64,000 bases of DNA. It comes from Alphaproteobacteria bacterium (GTDB lineage Bacteria > Pseudomonadota > Alphaproteobacteria > Paracaedibacterales > VGCI01). Each line of letters starts with the position of its first letter. Within the stretch, counting starts at the first letter, position 1. Under the pieces are notes generated by a model. That model saw only the letters and a list, made by a program, of their open reading frames with translations. It was not told the DNA's origin and searched no databases. Where the stretch lies: assembly GCA_019746225.1 (NCBI GenBank), contig JAIESE010000036.1, positions 11,519 to 75,518 of the forward strand, given 5' to 3'. This document shows positions 9,599 through 18,849 of this stretch, in pieces. A program made the position numbers and the translations under genes.

Positions 9599-9781
9599 TT
9601 ACGCCTTTGCCCAGTCTCTATGGAGAACTTCTGCTTTCAACCAGTTCCCCGTGCTCCCATGAACAAACGAACCAACAGTCCCTTGGCAACTTTTACAATC
9701 ATGGGTATCCCCTTCTACGCCTAGGGAATATTGAGCCAAAACTAATATGACAAAAAATAGTATCGTCCTAATATTATCCAT
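9599..9781 (-). CDS. Possible small secreted Cys-containing peptide (60 aa)
   Basis: An internal ATG at 9781 is preceded on the minus strand by GAAGGAGAAAGAAA. The product MDNIRTILFFVILVLAQYSLGVEGDTHDCKSCQG... has a signal-like N-terminus. I recognise no homology. Confidence 0.3.
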   Translation of the reverse strand: MDNIRTILFFVILVLAQYSLGVEGDTHDCKSCQGTVGSFVHGSTGNWLKAEVLHRDWAKA

Positions 9782-10271
9782 TTTCTTTCTCCTTCTATCA
9801 TGACACTTCAAAAGATCTCCCCATTGTGTAAGAGAAAACTAAGAGCGGGCATTGAAACCCCTGAGGCCCAGTGATTCGCCTTTAAAGGCTCTTCGATTTT
9901 TCGCTGCCCACGAAAAATTGTCTAAAACCAAATCACCAGATCTTATAAGGCCAATGCCCTAACCGCTCCTTTTAAAATCACCGTAAGGAAGTATTCTAAA
10001 CTTTTTTATCCGGAAAGAAGGCGTAAGTAGTCTACTTAGGTACATATTACGTATAGAATTTTAGATAATATATGTGGAATTTAGCGCTCTGGGACAATGT
10101 TCTTTCATCTCGGCATTTTGTGAGGACGTCAACCCCATTGAAAAATATATAAAAGCAAATGAATTCGGCGTAGTATGTAGCAGACTCTTCTCTTCATTTG
10201 AAGGGGCGAGTTCATAAAATTAATAACGAATAAGAGTAAATTTAATACTCTGGAAATTGTAAGGAACCATA

Positions 10272-13200
10272 ATGGAACATAAGGAACTTAGCGCTCCTCT
10301 GAATCTTTACGATGAAAGCTTAACCACAATAAGTGGCATAAAGTTCACCCATCGAGAGATGGACATTATTACCTTTATCTTTCATACAAGGGGCTCCAGC
10401 AAAATTGCCTCCCTTCTATCCATTTCTAACCGAACTGTTGAAACGCATACCGCAAATATCATGCGAAAAATGGATACGAACTCCAGAGAAGGCATTATAG
10501 ATTTTGTGAGCAAGCACGGGCACACCCTTCGTATTAAAAAACACTACCAAGCTCTGTTAGTCCAACTTAACTTCACCAAAAGACTGCAAGAAGTCTTTCG
10601 CCTTACTAAAAACAAGAATTTTACAAGCACCATCGTATTTAATGATACGACCCATGAGGAAAGGACTTTTCTGAACGCTCTTAAAGGTCATCTTGGTCTT
10701 TGCGGCATCAGTACAGTCTTAATTGAAAACAAGGATGAGAAGCCTATAGGAGATGTTAGCTCCCAAAATATTCTCGAGCCAAATGATCACATCCTTTATC
10801 TCGTCCCTCAAAAATTTTTAGAAGCCTATCAAAATAATTCCAAGAACCAAACAAAATCAATAGAAACGCTTAACCTAAATTCCGGGACTTTTACCTTCTT
10901 AACATGGGGAATGAAGCAACTCAGCCTGCCAAATGTGTTTTATGAAACAAACTCAGTCTGTTTTGAGGAACATGAAGACTATTTCTGCACCTTTTTTAAG
11001 CTCATCAAGAGAATGCTCCCGGATATAAATATCGATCCAATTATGTCCTCATTTCAAAAAGACCAGGAATTAACTAACGAAGTTTTGCAGCAAGATATTT
11101 TCGACCATGGTACCCTCTTAGAGAAAACGACACAGCAAATACCCACTCCTAAAAGAAGAATAGCAAAGCTCTTGTTTGTTGCGTCTACTCTTGTGGGCAC
11201 GGTATATCTTGGCCTTTCATTCCATAACATTAGTAAAGGCAGCTGGTTCAATAGGACGGACTCGAAAACATCGTCTTCAATCCGTTCTGATCTGCTTGTT
11301 CCTACCGACAATATATTCCTCAAACGTCCAAACGTGATCACGAAGATTGCAGAGGGTTTGAAAGAGAAACAAGGAATTCAAACGGTTGCAATTGTTGGGA
11401 TTGGAGGGGCAGGAAAAACAACCATCGCCCGACAATATGCCTTGAAGCAAAACGCCAATATCGTTTGGGAAATTAACGCAGAAACCAGAGAAAGCATCAA
11501 AGATTCTTTCGAACACCTAGCGTATGCTCTTTGCAAATCTGAAGAGGAGCGTAAAAGATTAATGGGGCTACAAGGTATCAAAAATAAAATTGAGCGGGAT
11601 GAGAAAATTCTTCTCCTTGTCAAAGAAAAATTAAAACAATATTCAAACTGGTTTCTCATTTATGACAACGTCAACAAGTTCACAAGCATCCAGCAGTATT
11701 TTCCTTGTGACTCAAAGGCATGGGGAGAAGGAAAGGTCATTATTACCACAACTGACAGCAATACGAAAAATAATAGTTTGATCAATAATTTCGTTTACAT
11801 AGGGGAGTTATCTCCAAATGAAAAACTGAATCTTTTTATGAACATCATGGGAAATGAAACAAGTCACACCTTCACTCCTTCCCAAGCAGAACAAGCCAGA
11901 ACTTTCTTGAATGATGTTCCACCCTTTCCGTTAGATGTATCAATTGCAGCTTATTATTTGAAATCAACCAACACGCCTTATGCTAAGTATCTCGAGAAAT
12001 TAAAGGAAGATAGTACGGATTTTGAAACGATCCAAGAAGATGTCGTCAAGGAAGCAAGCGGCTATACAAAGACACGATATAGCATCGTCTCTCTATCTTT
12101 GAAGCAACTCATTGAGACCCATCGAGATTTTGCCGATCTTTTAACATTGATTAGCCTCCTCGATTATCAAAATATCCCACGACCCCTCCTTTCGAGTTAT
12201 AAAAGTGACATTGTTGTTGACAACTTTATCTATAATTTAAAGAAGTATTCCTTGATAACCTCCGAGACTTCTGTAAATTCAATTTCTACGGTCTCTTTTC
12301 ACAGAGCAACGCAGGAAATTCTTCTCACCTATCTAACAAAGGCATTAGCCCTGTCAAATAAGAGCCCCCTTATAAATGACATCGCATTGTCTCTCGAGTC
12401 TTATATGGTTGAAACAATTGAAAACGAAGATTTTTCACGTATGAAACTCCTTGTTCCCCATTGCGAAGCCTTTCTTAACCGCGATCCATTACTCAATTCA
12501 AAAATGGAGGGTTCAATTGGGGGTGCCTTGGGTTGCATATATTACTATTTGCGCTACAATCTTCAAGCGAAGCAACATCTTGAAACAAGTTTGGCAAGTT
12601 TAAATCCGCATGAAATCAATAATCAGGATAAGATTGCCCGGATTTTAGCATATCTGGGGAGTTTTTATAGAGCCCAAGGCGATTATGAAAAGGCCAAAAC
12701 TTTTCTGGAACAAAGCCTTATTATTTATGAAAAAACACCAAACCATGTAAAAAGCACGAGAGCCCTAGGTTATTTGGGAGTCGTTTATCGAGATTTAGGC
12801 GACTACAAACGCGCCAAGCTTCTGTTAGAGCAGAGCCTAGAAATTCATGAGAAAAATGCACAAAATCAAATTGGCCATGCCTGGATTCAGGCGCATTTAG
12901 GAAACATCTACGCCATTTTGGGGGACTATAAAAAGGCGAATTTGTTACTTGAAAAAAGCCTCTTGATTTATAAAAAGCAAGCTGAAGACTATGTCGGTGT
13001 TGGATGGGTTTTGGGATATTTAAGCAATGTTTACCGAGGATTGGGGGACTTTCAGAAAGCACGAACTCTTGCAGAACAAAGCCTTACAATCACCAGAAGC
13101 AATTTTTCGGACAGCCACATTTATGTAGCCTCCCGTCTCGCGATTTTGGGTGCAGTCTATAATGAACTTGGAGATTATCAAAAAGCACGGAGTCTATTTG

Positions 13201-13589
13201 AAGAAAGCTTGCATATTTATGAGAAGGAATATGGTAAAAACCACAACGATACCGCTCGTGTCTTAAAATTGTTGGGGGAAACCTATTGCCTTGAGGGCGA
13301 CGTTGAAACCGCAGAAGAACTGCTCAACAAAGCCTTGCTCGTCTTCCAGCTCAAGAAATCTCCTGAAGCTTATAAATCACTCGAAAGTTTAGGTGATTTG
13401 TATTTGAAAAAAGGCAAGATAGCAACGGCAGAGGGGGACTTCAAGCATGCTCAGTCCTACAATATCCAAGCACTAAATTATTTTAATCAAGCCTTGGCAA
13501 TGACAAAAGAGTATTTCCAAGAAGATTCCCCTCATACATTAAGAATTAAAGTAAAACTGAATAGTATGCCGATGGCTCAGGTTGCATAG
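10272..13589 (+). CDS. STAND NTPase: N-terminal LuxR/GerE HTH, one TM helix, NB-ARC P-loop domain, C-terminal TPR array
   Basis: The HTH is FTHREMDIITFIFHTRGSSKIASLLSISNRTVETHTANIMRKM. The hydrophobic helix KRRIAKLLFVASTLVGTVYLGLSF lies at about nt 11164..11226. Walker A is VAIVGIGGAGKTTIARQYA (about 11396..11422) and Walker B-like is WFLIYDNVN. At least 7 TPR units of KLC type follow, each of the form LG..Y...GDY.KA....E.SL.I. Confidence 0.85.
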   Translation: MEHKELSAPLNLYDESLTTISGIKFTHREMDIITFIFHTRGSSKIASLLSISNRTVETHTANIMRKMDTNSREGIIDFVSKHGHTLRIKKHYQALLVQLNFTKRLQEVFRLTKNKNFTSTIVFNDTTHEERTFLNALKGHLGLCGISTVLIENKDEKPIGDVSSQNILEPNDHILYLVPQKFLEAYQNNSKNQTKSIETLNLNSGTFTFLTWGMKQLSLPNVFYETNSVCFEEHEDYFCTFFKLIKRMLPDINIDPIMSSFQKDQELTNEVLQQDIFDHGTLLEKTTQQIPTPKRRIAKLLFVASTLVGTVYLGLSFHNISKGSWFNRTDSKTSSSIRSDLLVPTDNIFLKRPNVITKIAEGLKEKQGIQTVAIVGIGGAGKTTIARQYALKQNANIVWEINAETRESIKDSFEHLAYALCKSEEERKRLMGLQGIKNKIERDEKILLLVKEKLKQYSNWFLIYDNVNKFTSIQQYFPCDSKAWGEGKVIITTTDSNTKNNSLINNFVYIGELSPNEKLNLFMNIMGNETSHTFTPSQAEQARTFLNDVPPFPLDVSIAAYYLKSTNTPYAKYLEKLKEDSTDFETIQEDVVKEASGYTKTRYSIVSLSLKQLIETHRDFADLLTLISLLDYQNIPRPLLSSYKSDIVVDNFIYNLKKYSLITSETSVNSISTVSFHRATQEILLTYLTKALALSNKSPLINDIALSLESYMVETIENEDFSRMKLLVPHCEAFLNRDPLLNSKMEGSIGGALGCIYYYLRYNLQAKQHLETSLASLNPHEINNQDKIARILAYLGSFYRAQGDYEKAKTFLEQSLIIYEKTPNHVKSTRALGYLGVVYRDLGDYKRAKLLLEQSLEIHEKNAQNQIGHAWIQAHLGNIYAILGDYKKANLLLEKSLLIYKKQAEDYVGVGWVLGYLSNVYRGLGDFQKARTLAEQSLTITRSNFSDSHIYVASRLAILGAVYNELGDYQKARSLFEESLHIYEKEYGKNHNDTARVLKLLGETYCLEGDVETAEELLNKALLVFQLKKSPEAYKSLESLGDLYLKKGKIATAEGDFKHAQSYNIQALNYFNQALAMTKEYFQEDSPHTLRIKVKLNSMPMAQVA

Positions 13590-13604
13590 GAAAGCCCTTA
13601 GGTG

Positions 13605-14135
13605 TCATCGGGATACTTTCTTCAACCGGACATAAAGAGCGCCTCCGCCCCCATCTTGTGGTTTAGCCGTTGTATAAACGGACACGACAGCTCGAAAATG
13701 CGGTTCCTCAAGCCACTGGGGGACAAGGTCTCTCAAGCTTTTATAGGGACGTGTTTGAGAAGACCCATCCTGATCCAGTTGAGGTCGACCTTTCCCGGTA
13801 ATCACTAAAACCCAGTGACAGCCCCTCTCTTGGCTCGATACTAAAAACCGAGCAAGAGCTTCACGGGCCTTTTCCCGTGAAAAACCATGCAAATCGAGGC
13901 GCGCTTCAATGTCGACGTTACGAATCCTTTGAATCCGGTGGGAGGATGTCGACTGAGATATGTGAGGAAGCTCTGGTGGAAGCACCATAGGGGCCTTCTT
14001 TCGAAGAGTCCGATAGGGTTTAGAAGGGGGAGGCGTTACAGGCTTTTTTCCAGGCGACAGGGGTTTAACTTTTTTAGAGACGATTTCCCACAATGTTTGC
14101 TCATCTGGCGTGAGATCCCTTCTCTTCCGGGTCAT
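13605..14135 (-). CDS. Smr domain-containing protein
   Basis: LDLHGFSREKAREALARFLVSSQERGCHWVLVITGKG is the Smr domain core. The gene overlaps mltA by 4 nt. Confidence 0.85.
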   Translation of the reverse strand: MTRKRRDLTPDEQTLWEIVSKKVKPLSPGKKPVTPPPSKPYRTLRKKAPMVLPPELPHISQSTSSHRIQRIRNVDIEARLDLHGFSREKAREALARFLVSSQERGCHWVLVITGKGRPQLDQDGSSQTRPYKSLRDLVPQWLEEPHFRAVVSVYTTAKPQDGGGGALYVRLKKVSR

Positions 14136-15223
14136 TTAGGCAACAGCAAATAAAATTCCCCTCGTGACTTCATGCGCCCAGCATAATCAGCAGCATCAGC
14201 CCCACATCCCCAAAAGAGATCACCTCGCACGCCCCCTTTAATGGCACCCCCTGTATCTTGAGCAACAACCAAGGATTGAAGACGCGGCGCGCCGGCATCT
14301 GGATGTTCTAAATCAATCCAAAGGGGGGTTCCTAAGGAAATGTATTCCCGATCAACTGCAAGACTTCTCTGAGGGGTCAAGGCAACCCCTTGACTTCCGA
14401 TGGGCCCTTCCCCATGCCGAATTCGGAAAAACACGTAAGACCTGTTGGTAGACATGACAGATTCTGCTTGGGAAGGATGCGCTTTTAACCAAGCAACGAT
14501 GGACTGCCTTGAGACATCATCCGAAGACAAGGCTCCCCGATCAATCAATGTTTTTCCAATCGGATGGTAACCACATCCATTCGTCCCGGCATAACCCAAA
14601 CGCATCACGCTACCATCGTCCACACGCACGCGCCCAGAGCCTTGAATCTGGAGGAAGAAAGCGGCGATGGGATCATCAACCCACACCAGCTCAAGCCCCC
14701 GTCCCTTCAAACCGCCTTTTACAATGCGATTGCGAGGCATCCCTTTATAACGAATTTTAGCTCCAGGAAGGCGGTACAGGGGGGTTTGGTACCGCCCATG
14801 ACGACGCTTTGATCCGCGAAGCTCTGGCTCGTCATATCCTGTAAACAAACCCGTCGCGCCACTAGAACCAGAAGCTTGGTAAGGCCTCAAGTGGCGCTGA
14901 ATGACTTGCCTTAAATCTGACTCTGTCGTGGGTGAATTGTCCAGAATCGCTGAACAAAATGGACGCCAATCGCCGGCAGTTCCCATTTTGTCGCCTCGCG
15001 TAATCATGGGAGTAGACGAATCTTTCTTTAACAAGGTCGTGCAAGATCGTTTCAATGCAGGCAAGGCCTTTAAGGCTTTATCGGTCTTCCATCCGGGTAG
15101 TTCTTGGTATGTCACGGGTATTAAATCTAGAGAGGATGGCCGCATGGGTTGGGTTTGGCATCCAGCTAAGAGAAGAGATATCGCAGTCAGGGCAATAAAA
15201 CAAAAGCGTAAAGGAAGCCTCAT
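14132..15223 (-). CDS. mltA: Murein transglycosylase A
   Basis: The 363-aa product has a signal/lipoprotein-like N-terminus (LLAGCQ). It also carries FFLQIQGSGRV, GYAGTNGCGYHPIG and SLAVDREYISLGTPLWI motifs with a 3D-domain end. Confidence 0.85.
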   Translation of the reverse strand: MRLPLRFCFIALTAISLLLAGCQTQPMRPSSLDLIPVTYQELPGWKTDKALKALPALKRSCTTLLKKDSSTPMITRGDKMGTAGDWRPFCSAILDNSPTTESDLRQVIQRHLRPYQASGSSGATGLFTGYDEPELRGSKRRHGRYQTPLYRLPGAKIRYKGMPRNRIVKGGLKGRGLELVWVDDPIAAFFLQIQGSGRVRVDDGSVMRLGYAGTNGCGYHPIGKTLIDRGALSSDDVSRQSIVAWLKAHPSQAESVMSTNRSYVFFRIRHGEGPIGSQGVALTPQRSLAVDREYISLGTPLWIDLEHPDAGAPRLQSLVVAQDTGGAIKGGVRGDLFWGCGADAADYAGRMKSRGEFYLLLPK

Positions 15224-15226
15224 GAC

Positions 15227-15913
15227 CTAATTGCCTTCAATGCGCGTCGCAATAAGGACCCAGTTGGGATTTTCAGAGCCAATCGGTCGGCTAAAGGTCC
15301 AAATATCATTCATTGTTAAGGTTAAGTGAGCAGGATTATCTTGGATTTTGCCTTCCGCATCTTTTGTCACAACAATCTGTTCACTGACAAACTTTAAGGT
15401 GATTTGTTCTTGCTTGCCCTTGATCTCGATATCAACAACTTCTGGATCTTTCAAATCAACAATCTTTGTCTCAACGGTTTGCCCAGCTTCTTCGCGATCT
15501 TGAAGGGCACTTACAAATGATTTGAATACCCCAGGACTTAACAAGGGTTTCAAGGAGCTCTTATCACCCTTCGCAAATGCCTCTACAATCATCTCGAATG
15601 CCGTCACAGCGCCATTCAAAAAATGATCTAACTGAAACGCAGGATCAACGGCTTGAATCTTCTTAAGACCTTCTTGTATCGAAGGCTTAAGATCTATAGG
15701 AGTATCAGCTTCTTCAGACATTGAGACGCTTTTGACGGATCTCATAGAAGGCCTGACCGGCAAAGGAATTACATTATCAGAAGCTTTAGTATCCTGTTGA
15801 GAGGTTGGAGGCGCCTCAAACCCATCGCGTTTCCCAAGAACGGTCCACAGTCGAAAAATCATATAGCCTGTTAATGCCGCAAAAAAAAGTATTTCCATCA
15901 TACGTATTGTCAC
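15227..15913 (-). CDS. Tim44-like domain protein
   Basis: It has an N-terminal TM helix and a C-terminal Tim44-like fold motif (FLNGAVTAFEMIVEAFAKGD...WTFSR...NPNWVLIAT). It sits in the classic position between secB and mltA. Confidence 0.8.
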   Translation of the reverse strand: MTIRMMEILFFAALTGYMIFRLWTVLGKRDGFEAPPTSQQDTKASDNVIPLPVRPSMRSVKSVSMSEEADTPIDLKPSIQEGLKKIQAVDPAFQLDHFLNGAVTAFEMIVEAFAKGDKSSLKPLLSPGVFKSFVSALQDREEAGQTVETKIVDLKDPEVVDIEIKGKQEQITLKFVSEQIVVTKDAEGKIQDNPAHLTLTMNDIWTFSRPIGSENPNWVLIATRIEGN

Positions 15914-16073
15914 TACTCCTTAAGAGGCCTTTTGTTGCGGCCATATTCAGAACAATTTTATCTATCGTCAAGGTTTTCGTAACCTATCTCCTGTTATTCT
16001 AGTGTAGACGAAGTTGGGTTCAAATTGCTACAACTTGAAGATAATATAATTTTATATAAGGAGGAAACAAGAA

Positions 16074-16589
16074 ATGTCTACTGAAACAAAAGAGCCGGGC
16101 ACAGAATCAACGGGTCCTGCAATGACCCTACCCATCACGATCCACGCGCAATATATTAAGGATTTATCATTCGAAAATCCGACACCTATTGCATCATTTA
16201 CAAATGAAAACAACGCACAACCAAATATCTCTGTTGGCATTCAAGCCAAAGCAGAAAATTTAGGGGGTCGTAATTTTGAAGTCATTTTGGACATTCGCAT
16301 CGATGCAACACGCGATAAGGCTCCCCTTTTTGTAACGGAACTCAGTTATGCAGGTATCATAACGTTAGGGGATAACGTTGAGGAAAGTGATGCTGGCCCT
16401 CTCTTAATGATAGAATCCCCACGCCTCCTGTTCCCATTTGCCCGCAATATCCTGGCAGATGTCACAAGGGATGGTGGCTTTCCGCCTTTGATGTTGGCTC
16501 CAGTTGATTTTGCAGCTCTTTATGAGCAGCAAAAGAACCAAGAAGCTGCTAATGGTAAAGATCCTAAGGGAAACAAAGAAGACAAGTAG
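16074..16589 (+). CDS. secB: Protein-export chaperone SecB
   Basis: The 171-aa product has IHAQYIKDLSFENP...LLMIESPRLLFPFARNILADVTRDGGFPPLMLAPVDFAALY, the canonical SecB signature. Confidence 0.9.
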   Translation: MSTETKEPGTESTGPAMTLPITIHAQYIKDLSFENPTPIASFTNENNAQPNISVGIQAKAENLGGRNFEVILDIRIDATRDKAPLFVTELSYAGIITLGDNVEESDAGPLLMIESPRLLFPFARNILADVTRDGGFPPLMLAPVDFAALYEQQKNQEAANGKDPKGNKEDK

Positions 16590-16608
16590 ACTATTCGCTT
16601 TTCAGTTA

Positions 16609-16671
16609 CGTCAAAGCCTTGCGCGAAGCACCTCAGGTTTCTTGCCTGCCGCTACACGCAAGACTTTGACG
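16609..16671. repeat. Inverted repeat downstream of secB (15-nt arms, 1 mismatch, 33-nt spacer)
   Basis: cgtcaaagccttgcg at 16609..16623 pairs with cgcaagactttgacg at 16657..16671. No T-run follows. Confidence 0.5.
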
Positions 16672-16929
16672 ACTCCCTCCTTCACAAGAAAATTCAAGAT
16701 ATACCTTCTTCTTATCCACTGGTACAGGTCAGCAGACCCTTTTCTAATATAACATTTCACCCATTAAATAGATTTTTAACATAATTTCACTTTACTTTAA
16801 TAAAAATACTTTATTTTTATTTTCTAGAATGAGAAAAATTTCTAAAGTATTTACTTGATTTTTCCCGTACTTCTAACTACTTAATTATTATCTTCTTAGA
16901 AAATTAGAATTTAACTTTGAGAGTTTTTT

Positions 16930-18105
16930 ATGTTTAAAAATTTTAGAAATGCGATTATCAGTGTTTCAGCAGCTCTATTTTCCTTGTCTACCCTCACACC
17001 AAGCAGCTTTGGAATGGAAGACGATGGATCATTTCTTCCCAAACCCCGCTTTCAAAATACAAATAAAGAAAACGAAAGCCAACCCGCTTTCACCCCAAAA
17101 CGCGCTTCTAAGCTATGTGTATTCAATGCTGCCCTCTTTCATGATGCTGAGGAGTTTAGACAGCCAACAAAGAAAAAAACAAAACTACTCACCGCTGAAG
17201 AGGTAAATCTTGATGTTCTCACTCCCCGAAAATTAAATACATGTAAAGAGGCAGGCGTTTCCACCCCTGAATTAAGAGAGGGGATTGCTCAGGTTAAACG
17301 ACGCCATCCAAATAAAATCCAAGACACTGACCGTTTCCAGCCATCACACCAAGTTTTCTATAGTCCTGTGGCTCCTTTGGTGCTCTCCCGAACAGAGACC
17401 CTCGAAGCCCGTAAAGGGTCACATATCGTCTCTCTTCCCGCAACGGCCTTTATCAAAGCAGAGATGGTTGAAAGTCCGGAAGAACGACGTGCTCGTAAAG
17501 AAAAGCAAATGGCTGAATTTGAAGCCGCTGAGGCTGCAAGAGGCATTTCAATTGTCCATTTGGAAGAAGAAAATCAAACGGCTCTCCAACCATGGCTTGG
17601 TTTTTTTAAATATATTGACTTCAAAAAGGAACGTATCACATTGGGCTCAGATAAGAAGATGAAGTGGCCAGATATAGCAGATGCCTTCTCGAAATTTGTT
17701 GCGCCTCATATGAGTCGACACCAGATTGATGGATATGAAATTTATTATTTATTAAAAACCGTTGATTTCAATAGGGTCAATCCTTTAAACCAACATCCCA
17801 ATTATATAAATATGATGCATGGTGGTTGTCCTGTTGGAAGCGACAATGATTCTATGGAATGGCACCATGTCACTCGCTTTGATAAATCTCATAAGATCAA
17901 AATTGATGAGCCAACACTGCTCGCTTATGAAGGCCCTTTGAAGATTATTTTAATTCCTGCGTGGATTCATCAACAATACCGTCAACTTCACCTCGGCAGA
18001 TCATTCTATAAAAAGCCAAGAACTAAAATGGATCGCTCCTATTTTGGAGAATACCGCGAACTGTTCAACCAACATATTGTGAAAACACACTATACAATAA
18101 ACTAA
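16930..18105 (+). CDS. Secreted protein with C-terminal WHH-type HNH/EndoVII nuclease-like toxin domain
   Basis: The signal peptide is MFKNFRNAIISVSAALFSLSTLTPSSFG. The C-terminus reads GCPVGSDNDSMEWHHVTRF...KIILIPAWIHQQYRQLHLG, with WHH at nt 17860..17868. This matches the W-H-H ... (L/I)(V/I)P..(I/L)H .... H.G pattern of the WHH family. An AT-rich leader lies upstream. Confidence 0.55.
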   Translation: MFKNFRNAIISVSAALFSLSTLTPSSFGMEDDGSFLPKPRFQNTNKENESQPAFTPKRASKLCVFNAALFHDAEEFRQPTKKKTKLLTAEEVNLDVLTPRKLNTCKEAGVSTPELREGIAQVKRRHPNKIQDTDRFQPSHQVFYSPVAPLVLSRTETLEARKGSHIVSLPATAFIKAEMVESPEERRARKEKQMAEFEAAEAARGISIVHLEEENQTALQPWLGFFKYIDFKKERITLGSDKKMKWPDIADAFSKFVAPHMSRHQIDGYEIYYLLKTVDFNRVNPLNQHPNYINMMHGGCPVGSDNDSMEWHHVTRFDKSHKIKIDEPTLLAYEGPLKIILIPAWIHQQYRQLHLGRSFYKKPRTKMDRSYFGEYRELFNQHIVKTHYTIN

Positions 18106-18107
18106 GA

Positions 18108-18665
18108 TTAGTTCTTCAGGACAATTTTTGCGAGCCATTCATAAAGATCACTATATCTATCATGGATTTTCACTTTAGGCACAACCGTATACCGAGCAAC
18201 CTCACCACTTGCATAATTGATGCAGAAGAACTCACTCGCCGTCAGATGCGCAAAAACAACCCAGGGACTTGGAATCCCCTTTTCCTGACCACGCCTAATC
18301 CCACTATAAAGAATATCCCTTAAGGGTGACAAAATAATGAAGCCGAAACTGGTGTCCAAGTTGCTTTGCCGCCTGTGCAGTTCTTTAAGGGCTTCCGGCA
18401 AGACAAGTTGGCTCTCTTTCGTGAAGATTCTTCTTTCAATCTCTAAAAACGCCTGATCTACTTCTTGGCGCCTTTGGAATTTATCCATTTGCACTGGATT
18501 AAGCTGTTCCTTCACTCCTAACTCTTTAAGCTGCTGCTGAGCTTGTGTTACCTTGAGGGATAGTTTTTCCCACACCTCTTCACCCCTGAATTGTTCTGCC
18601 CCGTTGACGGTCGCTATCGGAGCAAGGAAAAAGCATGTAAATAGAAATATTTTAAAACAGTTCAT
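18108..18665 (-). CDS. Hypothetical exported protein, C-terminus reminiscent of SUKH/SMI1-KNR4 immunity proteins
   Basis: The signal peptide is MNCFKIFLFTCFFLAPIATVNGA. The C-terminus VVFAHLTASEFFCINYASGEVARYTVVP....YSDLYEWLAKIV resembles the SUKH end (F/A-x-D/G...F-x-x-D...G-x-V......F-x-E-W/F-L). The assignment is weak and made by eye. Confidence 0.3.
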   Translation of the reverse strand: MNCFKIFLFTCFFLAPIATVNGAEQFRGEEVWEKLSLKVTQAQQQLKELGVKEQLNPVQMDKFQRRQEVDQAFLEIERRIFTKESQLVLPEALKELHRRQSNLDTSFGFIILSPLRDILYSGIRRGQEKGIPSPWVVFAHLTASEFFCINYASGEVARYTVVPKVKIHDRYSDLYEWLAKIVLKN

Positions 18666-18795
18666 ATTAAAAATTCCGTAAATTAAAGGTAATATTTTTC
18701 ACAAACTATCATAAAAAATGATTTTTAATCTACTCAATTTTTTATTGCATGAATTTATTGATTTTTCATCATTAAGAGAAAAGCTGTCTGCGAAC

Positions 18796-18826
18796 AGAAA
18801 AAAAGCACCTTCCGAAGAAGGTGCTT
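18796..18826 (-). terminator. Rho-independent terminator after the 18850..19497 gene
   Basis: On the minus strand the sequence is AGCACCTTC-ttcg-GAAGGTGCT followed by TTTTTTT. The stem spans 18804..18825 and the A-run on the + strand spans 18797..18804. Confidence 0.8.
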
Positions 18827-18849
18827 TTATTAAGACCGAAAGACACTAA

